Of a stretch of 32,000 nucleotides of DNA, positions 26,193 to 32,000 are shown one piece after another (the first letter of the stretch is position 1; each line of letters opens with the position of its first letter). A program made the translations under genes and the position numbers. The notes beneath the pieces are model-generated. The model worked only from the letters and a program-made list of their open reading frames with translations, searched no databases and had not been told where the DNA came from. The stretch comes from Candidatus Nitrospira inopinata. Its GTDB lineage: Bacteria; Nitrospirota; Nitrospiria; Nitrospirales; Nitrospiraceae. The stretch is from the NCBI RefSeq assembly GCF_001458695.1, contig NZ_LN885086.1, positions 1,710,001 through 1,742,000 of the forward strand. Direction: 5' to 3'.

Positions 26193-28733
26193 ATGCAGAC
26201 TCTGACCGAGTCAGATTTCAGAGCGCCGCTGTCCGACTGGATAGAGCGCGTGGCTCGGCCCATTGAGTTTGCGACAAAAGACCGATTCGCGCACTTGGAA
26301 ACGGTCACGAATCTCGGTTCGTTCGTCTCCGCGCACGTGCTCTCCGCGTTGGCGGGGCGGGTGTTTCCGCAGTCCGTCGAGGCGCATTTGCTGGCCTTGC
26401 GGGATCTCTTCATCGATTTCCACCCGTCGCTTCCCCGACAAGAGCGGCGTCGTCGATTACAGGAGGCCGCCGCGATCGTGAGGGCGCTTCGCGGGATGGC
26501 GGGAACCGCTTCTCACCCGTCCGGCGATGCGCCGGGACAAACCGTTTTGCAAGAGCCGTCGAACGGCGCGGCACGTCAGGACCTGTGGAAACTGCCGATT
26601 CGCTTCGTCAAGGGCGTGGGGCCGAAACGCGTTCAATTGTTGCGGCGGTGGAAGATCGAGACCGTCGAAGACGCCCTCTGGACCGTGCCCTGGCGTTACG
26701 AGGACCGCTCGGTCATGACGCCGATCGGCAGCCTCGTGCCCGGCACGGTGGCGACGATCTGCGGAACGATCGAGCAATGCCGGGCCGCGCGCACCAGGAA
26801 TCGCCGGATGAGCGTGCTCGACATCCGAGTGCAAGATCCGACGGGCCGCCTGCAGGTCGTGTTCTTCAATCAACCGTATTTGGAAAAGGCATTCGTTGTC
26901 GGGACGCGCGTGGTGATGAGCGGGCGTGTGACCGCGGGGACCGAGGGGTGGATGACGCCGCGAATGGAGGCGGCGCACTATGAGATAGTCGGCGAAGAGA
27001 CGGAGTCGCTGCTTCACGTCGGGCGGATCGTGCCGGTCTATCATGAAACGAAAGGCTGGACGTCCCGCCACATGCGGGTGTTGGAGAAGACGTTGTTGGA
27101 CACGTACGCCCGGGACTTGCGCGACTGTCTGCCCGTGGCGCTTCGCGCGCGCCGCCGGCTCATCCCCGTTCACCAGGCTCTGCAGGAGGTGCATTTCCCC
27201 CGGACCAGCACCGATCGGCGGTCGCTCGAACAGGGGAAAACGCCGGCGCACCGGCGGCTGGCGTTCGAGGAGCTGTTCCTGCTGCAACTTGCGTTGGCGG
27301 CTCGGCGGAGATCGGTTCAGCAAGAGAGAAAACGACTGCGATTCGATCCGCGCGCGCCGTTGGTGGAAAAGCTGCGACGCCTTCTGCCCTTTCGCCTGAC
27401 GGCCGCTCAGGAGCGAGTGGTGGGGGAGATTGTCCACGACATGTCGTCGCCTCGACCGATGAATCGACTGGTACAGGGCGACGTCGGATCCGGCAAGACC
27501 GCCGTCGCGCTCCACGCTGTCGTCATGGCCTGCGGATCGGGTTATCAGGCGGCCTTGATGGCGCCGACCGAAATTTTGGCCGAACAGCACCATCGAAATC
27601 TGTCCGGCCTGTTCGAGTCGTTGGGAGTGCGCGCGACCCTCGTGCGAGGGGGAGACAAGGCGTCGGTGAAGAAGGCGCAAGCGGCCGCGCTCGCTTCGGG
27701 GGAGATTCAGGTGGCGATCGGAACCCATGTGCTGATTCAGAAGGGCGTCGTCTTCAAAAACCTGGGATTGGCCGTCGTGGATGAGCAGCACAAGTTCGGC
27801 GTGTTGCAGCGAAAGATGCTGGTCGACAAAGGTTATCGGCCGGATGTGTTGGTCATGACGGCGACGCCGATCCCGCGAACGCTGGCGATGACGGTGTACG
27901 GCGATCTGGATGTCTCGGTGATCGACATGCTGCCGCCCGGACGGAAGCCGGTGCGGACGTTTCTCTTTGGGCAAGCGCAACGACGGCGGGCTCTTCAGAT
28001 CTTGCGCGATGAGCTGCGCGACAACCGGCAGGCGTATATCGTGTATCCGCTCATCGAAGAGTCGGAGCGCACCGATTTACAGGCGGCGATTCAAGGAGCC
28101 GAGCGGCTGCAACGCGAGGAGTTGGCCGAATTCCGCGTGGGACTGTTGCACGGACGGCTGAAAGCCGCCGAGCGGGAATCGGTGATGGCCGAGTTCAAAG
28201 CAGGAATCATCCAGGCGCTCGTCGCCACCACGGTGGTCGAAGTGGGAGTCGACGTGCCCAACGCGACGGTGATGATGGTCGAACATGCCGAACGATTCGG
28301 TCTGGCGCAGTTGCACCAATTGCGCGGACGGGTGGGGCGCGCCGGGCATCAATCCTATTGTTTGCTCATGGCGAACCTGTCGGATCGAGCGAGCGCGTCG
28401 TTTGGACCGTCCTCGAAGGGGCCGGCGCGTGAACCGTCCTCGGCTGGAGAACGGTTGGAAGCGCTTGTGCGGTCGAACGACGGGTTCGTCATCGCCGAGG
28501 AGGATCTTCGCATCAGAGGGCCGGGAGAATTTTTGGGGGTTCGGCAATGGGGCGTGCCGGAGTTTCGCGTCGCCGATCTCGTGCGGGATGCCGAGTTGTT
28601 GTCGGAAGCCAGACAAGAGGCGGAGGCGTTGTTGCAGGTTGATCCGGAATTGAACGCGCCGGCCCACCGCCAGTTGCGGGACGCCATGTTGCGAAAGTGG
28701 CGGGAGAAGTTGGATCTCGGGTCGATCAGTTGA
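26193..28733 (+). CDS. recG: ATP-dependent DNA helicase RecG with an ~130-aa N-terminal extension
   Basis: 846 aa counted from the ATG at 26193. Wedge-domain entry LPIRFVKGVGPKRVQLL ... PWRYEDRS. Helicase motifs GDVGSGKT, VVDEQHKFGV, MTATPIPRTL, QLHQLRGRVGRAG and RGPGEFLG are present. Confidence 0.95.
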   Translation: MQTLTESDFRAPLSDWIERVARPIEFATKDRFAHLETVTNLGSFVSAHVLSALAGRVFPQSVEAHLLALRDLFIDFHPSLPRQERRRRLQEAAAIVRALRGMAGTASHPSGDAPGQTVLQEPSNGAARQDLWKLPIRFVKGVGPKRVQLLRRWKIETVEDALWTVPWRYEDRSVMTPIGSLVPGTVATICGTIEQCRAARTRNRRMSVLDIRVQDPTGRLQVVFFNQPYLEKAFVVGTRVVMSGRVTAGTEGWMTPRMEAAHYEIVGEETESLLHVGRIVPVYHETKGWTSRHMRVLEKTLLDTYARDLRDCLPVALRARRRLIPVHQALQEVHFPRTSTDRRSLEQGKTPAHRRLAFEELFLLQLALAARRRSVQQERKRLRFDPRAPLVEKLRRLLPFRLTAAQERVVGEIVHDMSSPRPMNRLVQGDVGSGKTAVALHAVVMACGSGYQAALMAPTEILAEQHHRNLSGLFESLGVRATLVRGGDKASVKKAQAAALASGEIQVAIGTHVLIQKGVVFKNLGLAVVDEQHKFGVLQRKMLVDKGYRPDVLVMTATPIPRTLAMTVYGDLDVSVIDMLPPGRKPVRTFLFGQAQRRRALQILRDELRDNRQAYIVYPLIEESERTDLQAAIQGAERLQREELAEFRVGLLHGRLKAAERESVMAEFKAGIIQALVATTVVEVGVDVPNATVMMVEHAERFGLAQLHQLRGRVGRAGHQSYCLLMANLSDRASASFGPSSKGPAREPSSAGERLEALVRSNDGFVIAEEDLRIRGPGEFLGVRQWGVPEFRVADLVRDAELLSEARQEAEALLQVDPELNAPAHRQLRDAMLRKWREKLDLGSIS

Positions 28734-28794
28734 CCGTTGGAAACCGTTTCGACGACGAGGGCGGCTTCGCCGCGCCGCCGTCGGCCTGAATGCC

Positions 28795-29118
28795 ATGGGA
28801 TTGCTTCAGCGATTGAGACATGATTTGCGGGCGGGGATTGCGAAATTGCGTCTGGGAACGGCGCACGCGGCCGGCCGGGCGCTCGAAGAGACGGAACGGC
28901 TCCGTCTGCGGCTGGAAATCCGGAAGGTCGATCAACAATTGGCCGACCTTTACAAGGAGGTCGGCGAGCGGGCCGTCGAGATGAAAGAGCGGGGGATTGC
29001 CGTGGAGCAGATCGCCCATGACGCCGACATCATCCGGCTGGTGCAGAACGTGCAGACCCTCAAGGAAACACGAAAAAAGCTGGAAGATGAGATGCAAGAC
29101 ATCAAGAGCGAAGCATGA
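28795..29118 (+). CDS. Small coiled-coil protein, unknown function
   Basis: 107 aa with a heptad-like charged/helical sequence (LRLRLEIRKVDQQLADLYKEVGERAVEMKERG ... LKETRKKLEDEMQDIKSEA). The stop overlaps the ppx/gppA start (ATGA). Confidence 0.55.
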   Translation: MGLLQRLRHDLRAGIAKLRLGTAHAAGRALEETERLRLRLEIRKVDQQLADLYKEVGERAVEMKERGIAVEQIAHDADIIRLVQNVQTLKETRKKLEDEMQDIKSEA

Positions 29119-30104
29119 CCAGGCCTTGCATCCCTCCCCTTCGCCTCGCCGGCATCGACGTCGGCACGCTGACCTGTCGTCTTCTCATCGCCGATGTGTC
29201 CCCGCACGGTTTTCTTCAAGAACTGTATTCCGACCGGCGCATTCTTCGGCTGGGGGAGGGGGTTGATCAGACTAAACGGCTCAGTGCCGCCGCCATGGGT
29301 CGGGTGATCCGGTGTTTGCGTGAATGGCGGAGCATCATCGATGACCATCGGGCCGATACTGCCACGGCAGTGGCCACCAGCGCCGTGCGGGATGCAAAGA
29401 ATCGTGACGAATTCTTGGATCGAGTGAAGCGCGAAACGGGTTTCGAGGTCGAGGTCATCACGGGTGAAGAAGAAGCCCGTCGGACCCTGCTCGGCATTCG
29501 CTCCGGGCTTCCGACCGGCGTCACGAACGTCCTGGCATTGGACATCGGCGGCGGCAGTACCGAATTGATTCTCGACCGACCGGCCGAGCGACCCATCGTC
29601 CGCTCGATCGATATTGGCGTGGTTCGGTTATGCGAGAGGATCTTGAAACACGACCCGCCGACGGCGGAAGAAATCGAGCAGGCACGGGAGTGGGTGCGAC
29701 GGGAAACTCATGCCGCCGTCTCCGAGATGACAGGCTACCAGTCCGCATCATTCATCGGCACGGCCGGCACGATCACCGCGCTTGCCGCCATGGCGCAGAA
29801 GTTGCCGGTCTATGAACCGACCCGCATTCATAACCATCGGCTGACCCTCGCCACGGTTCAAGAACTCGAACAGACGGTGTTGAGCCGCAAGAAGATCGAT
29901 CGTGCCGGTCTTCTGGGGCTCGAAAAGAACCGTGAAGAAGTCATCGCCGCCGGCGTCATCATCGTCCGGACGGTGATGGAGACGTTGGGAATGTCCGAGC
30001 TGCGGGTGAGCGATGTGGGCCTGCGGGAGGGCGTGCTGATCGACTTGGCGACGAAGAAACTTCTATGCCCCTCCCCCTTGCGAGCGGTTATCGACTCTCG
30101 ATAA
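29115..30104 (+). CDS. Ppx/GppA-family phosphatase, short form (no C-terminal HD domain)
   Basis: 329 aa. GIDVGTLTCRLLIADV, ITGEEEARRTLLGI and LDIGGGSTELI are ASKHA-fold Ppx/GppA motifs. The last 17 codons (TKKLLCPSPLRAVIDSR) are encoded by the higBA insert, not by ancestral sequence. Confidence 0.9.
   Translation: MTRPCIPPLRLAGIDVGTLTCRLLIADVSPHGFLQELYSDRRILRLGEGVDQTKRLSAAAMGRVIRCLREWRSIIDDHRADTATAVATSAVRDAKNRDEFLDRVKRETGFEVEVITGEEEARRTLLGIRSGLPTGVTNVLALDIGGGSTELILDRPAERPIVRSIDIGVVRLCERILKHDPPTAEEIEQAREWVRRETHAAVSEMTGYQSASFIGTAGTITALAAMAQKLPVYEPTRIHNHRLTLATVQELEQTVLSRKKIDRAGLLGLEKNREEVIAAGVIIVRTVMETLGMSELRVSDVGLREGVLIDLATKKLLCPSPLRAVIDSR
29919..30051 (+). repeat. Direct repeat copy A (in-gene 3' part of ppx/gppA)
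   Basis: The core 29949-30051 (103 bp) matches 30761-30863 with 6 mismatches by my count. Looser similarity with indels extends back to about 29919/30730. Confidence 0.85.
30088..30104. promoter_or_regulatory. Candidate HigA operator palindrome overlapping the putative higBA promoter and the ppx stop codon
   Basis: TTATCGA-ctc-TCGATAA has perfect 7-bp arms. It lies inside TTGCGA-N17-ATAACA (30078-30106), 9 nt upstream of the higB GTG. Confidence 0.4.
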
Positions 30105-30112
30105 CATGACCC

Positions 30113-30403
30113 GTGATTGAATCTTTTGCCAATCGACTTGCGGAAGATCTTTTCGACGATCGGCAATCAAAGGCCGTTCTGAAATTTCCGTCCGATCTGA
30201 TCCGTACGGCCCGTCGCAAGCTGCTCTATTTGCACGATGCGTCGGAAATCGGGGATCTGCGCGAGCCACCGGGAAATCGATTGGAAGCGCTGAAGGGCGA
30301 GTGGAAGGGGTTTTACTCCATTCGGATCAATGATCAATGGCGGGTTGTATTTCGTTGGCATGACGGTAATGCGTACGAGGTTCAAATCATCGACTATCAT
30401 TGA
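30113..30403 (+). CDS. higB: HigB toxin (RelE/ParE superfamily, plasmid-maintenance killer type)
   Basis: 96 aa, GTG start. MIESFANRLAEDLF ... LREPPGNRLEALKGEWKGFYSIRINDQWRVVFRWHDGNAYEVQIIDYH is a near-textbook HigB sequence. Confidence 0.93.
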   Translation: MIESFANRLAEDLFDDRQSKAVLKFPSDLIRTARRKLLYLHDASEIGDLREPPGNRLEALKGEWKGFYSIRINDQWRVVFRWHDGNAYEVQIIDYH

Positions 30404-30439
30404 GCGCAGGCTATTGTATTTTTGTATAAGGAGAGCATC

Positions 30440-30706
30440 ATGAGACTCCCCAAGAACCCATTTCATCCGGGTGAGATGCTGCTCGAAGAGTTTCTCATCC
30501 CCAGGAAGATGACTCAGGCGGCGTTGGCGAAAAAGCTTGGCTGGACGAGAGCTCGCCTGAACGAGCTGATTAAGGGCAAGCGCGACATTACGGCGGACTC
30601 CGCCCTGGATTTGGCACGTGTGCTTGGCACGTCCGCCAAACTTTGGATGAATCTCCAGGCGACATTTGATCTCGACAAGGCGATGCGAAAAAGAAAGATC
30701 GCCTGA
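30440..30706 (+). CDS. higA: HigA antitoxin (XRE-family HTH)
   Basis: 88 aa counted from the ATG at 30440 (SD AAGGAGAG upstream). HPGEMLLEEFLIPRKMTQAALAKKLGWTRARLNELIKGKRDITADSALDLARVLGTSAKLWMNLQATFDL. Confidence 0.93.
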   Translation: MRLPKNPFHPGEMLLEEFLIPRKMTQAALAKKLGWTRARLNELIKGKRDITADSALDLARVLGTSAKLWMNLQATFDLDKAMRKRKIA

Positions 30707-30729
30707 CGATGTGAGCGGGTCCGCCGGAT

Positions 30730-30883
30730 CTCAAATAGACCGAGAAGAAGTTCTCGCGCAGCCGGCGCCATCATCGTCCGGACGGTGATGGAGACATTGG
30801 GGATGTCCGAGTTGCTGGTCAGCGATGTGGGCCTGCGGGAGGGCGTGCTGATCGACTTGGCGATGAGGATGCAAAGAGGGTAA
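30730..30883 (+). pseudogene. Displaced original 3' end of ppx/gppA (direct repeat copy B)
   Basis: 30761-30883 translates as AGAIIVRTVMETLGMSELLVSDVGLREGVLIDLAMRMQRG*. The live gene reads AGVIIVRTVMETLGMSELRVSDVGLREGVLIDLATKK... Upstream of 30761 the similarity continues but with a TAG and a 2-nt indel. There is no start codon. Confidence 0.8.
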
Positions 30884-31056
30884 AAGTGCTCGGTCAGTCT
30901 CTACTCGGAAGGTCAAATCGGTGGAACGGAAGGGCTGGCGGCCAAGTCTTGCGGGCACTGGGGCCCCGTTGGTTCCAGCTTGCTTCCGTCCCGCTCCATG
31001 ATGGGTTGTGCCGTTGCGATCACCTGCTGGTTCCTCGCACACGTTCGTCGCAGATT

Positions 31057-31140
31057 TTACTCGTTTTCCGCCGACAAGGCTTTATAGAGCACTCCGAACA
31101 ACAGCGTCGCCCCGATTGCGCCTAACACTATGACCGCCAT
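31057..31140 (-). CDS. 27-codon hydrophobic micro-ORF (single-pass membrane peptide candidate)
   Basis: Minus strand reads cttGAAGGAGGTGAtcgatcATG GCG GTC ATA ..., translating to MAVIVLGAIGATLLFGVLYKALSAENE* (my manual translation). The SD is near-perfect, 6 nt from the ATG. It is too short for the supplied ORF track. Confidence 0.4.
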   Translation of the reverse strand: MAVIVLGAIGATLLFGVLYKALSAENE

Positions 31141-31197
31141 GATCGATCACCTCCTTCAAGTTCTGCTTATCACCATAGCCTGAGAATATGAACGATC

Positions 31198-31226
31198 CAT
31201 GATGAAATCATGAAGAATTCTTCATG
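31198..31226. promoter_or_regulatory. Two overlapping AT-rich palindromes upstream of the micro-ORF
   Basis: CATGAT-gaa-ATCATG (31198-31212) overlaps the perfect 18-bp palindrome CATGAAGAATTCTTCATG (31209-31226). Both lie 58-86 bp upstream of the micro-ORF ATG on the minus strand. Confidence 0.35.
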
Positions 31227-31366
31227 TTTGGAACATGGGCTTGGCGGAAGGAACGAGGAGATTTGGCCCGGTGTCGGCGCCGGAATTTCTACGAGTGTGA
31301 GGTCTTGAAGCGATGAAAGAGTCGGTGAAATTCGATGGTCGGCTGGCGCGGCTGATCGGGTGCTTT

Positions 31367-32000
31367 CTACTGCTGGGAATACCAGCGATACCCTTTGGCT
31401 TCGGTGAATCGCGCCTTGGAGACGCCACCCGGCTTTTCGAGGAGCAGTACCTTGAAGTCGAAGAGATTAAACCAGGCCGGATCCGCCACGTCGTGATAGT
31501 GGCAGCCCTGGAGTTTGGGGAGCATGTCGCCTAAAGCCCGTTGCAGCTCCGGCTCGGTATAGGCTTTGACGGCGAACGGTTTGTTGAGCAGGTCGCAGAA
31601 TCGCTGAATCGTGTAGACGGCTCCCGTACAGAGGACTTTAGTATCGGGCTTGACGGCGAGAAATTGAGGCAGCGGGAGGTACCGTTCCTGAAAGCCCAGC
31701 CGGTGGATCACCTGTCGAAGGTGGGAGTATTGGACTTCATACTCGGTGTGACCCGGTAATCGAACCGGCTGAGGCCAGCCGGTTTCGATCCCGAATTCCG
31801 CGAGAAACGCCCGTCCCCCCGGCTTGAGCACCCGCCAGAGCTCCGTAACAAAGCGGATGGGACCCAAATTGAAGATCACGTGGTTCGGGGGATCAGGGTC
31901 GAGGGAAATGTGGGCGCGTCTGATCCAATCCAGCGCCTCCTGGTGCTGAGGGGTCTCACCGATACCGGATTGCAGCTCTTGTTTGGAGAGCCGGACCGGC
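31367..32000 (-). CDS. Class I SAM-methyltransferase-like protein, 5' end beyond the window
   Basis: The minus-strand frame is open from 32000 down to the stop at 31367; the listed ORF start at 31879 is only an internal GTG. ...IRRAHISLDPDPPNHVIFNLGPIRFVTELWRVLKPGGRAFLAEFG resembles the post-motif-II/III part of class I methyltransferases. I do not recognise the C-terminal 130 aa. Confidence 0.5.
   Translation of the reverse strand, partial: PVRLSKQELQSGIGETPQHQEALDWIRRAHISLDPDPPNHVIFNLGPIRFVTELWRVLKPGGRAFLAEFGIETGWPQPVRLPGHTEYEVQYSHLRQVIHRLGFQERYLPLPQFLAVKPDTKVLCTGAVYTIQRFCDLLNKPFAVKAYTEPELQRALGDMLPKLQGCHYHDVADPAWFNLFDFKVLLLEKPGGVSKARFTEAKGYRWYSQQ

Larger units (their letters stand above)
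30052..30729 (+). mobile_element. About 0.68 kb inserted segment carrying higB-higA, bounded by the ppx 3'-end direct repeats (no recombinase gene)
   Basis: This is the sequence between repeat copy A and copy B. It is AT-richer than the flanks and contains only the TA pair and its putative operator. Confidence 0.6.

Noticed and set aside
26457-27980. 507-aa minus-strand ORF inside recG
   Set aside because: It is antisense to RecG, which has all helicase motifs. The composition is Arg/His/Pro-rich junk.
30611-30632. TTGGCACGT repeated twice 13 bp apart inside higA, resembling a sigma-54 -24 element (TGGCAC)
   Set aside because: The spacing to any TTGC -12 element is wrong. It lies within the coding sequence (LDLARVLGTS) and is probably coincidental.
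30731-31125. 103-aa minus-strand and 79-aa plus-strand ORFs downstream of higA
   Set aside because: They have no SD, Arg/Gly/His-rich composition, and overlap the ppx remnant. They are most likely non-coding.

Overview
GC-rich bacterial chromosomal window with about 38 protein-coding genes. I see no rRNA, tRNA, CRISPR array, transposase or integrase. The gene set points to a Nitrospira-like (Nitrospirota) genome. The strongest pointer is a periplasmic chlorite dismutase nearly colinear with the Candidatus Nitrospira defluvii enzyme as I remember it. Layout, left to right: (i) a 5'-truncated, AT-richer mrr restriction gene at the left edge. (ii) A head-to-head pair of single-module GlnE-type adenylyltransferase genes, one with N-terminal tandem ACT-like domains. 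(iii) A decayed nucleotidyltransferase-like pseudogene. (iv) rpoH-groES-groEL on the minus strand. (v) An ~11 kb co-directional supercluster ribBA-ribH-nusB-purB-cld-purC-orf71-purS-purQ-orf111-purL-purF-pilZ, in which envelope-targeted passenger genes are interleaved with purine genes. (vi) An accessory block: a translationally coupled four-gene operon (degenerate MBL-fold protein, TPR protein, unknown 145-aa protein, O-methyltransferase), a 4-TM protein, a secreted protein with four PQQ/BamB-like repeats, and a membrane-anchored helical-repeat protein. (vii) recG, then a coiled-coil protein coupled to a short Ppx/GppA phosphatase. (viii) A higBA toxin-antitoxin cassette spliced into the 3' end of the ppx/gppA gene, with the displaced original 3' end left downstream as a direct repeat (97 of 103 core positions identical, counted by eye). 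(ix) A poorly coding stretch with a 27-codon hydrophobic micro-ORF behind a near-perfect Shine-Dalgarno and stacked CATG palindromes. (x) A methyltransferase-like gene running off the right edge. All calls come from my own reading of the translated ORFs and the nucleotide sequence; no database search was run.
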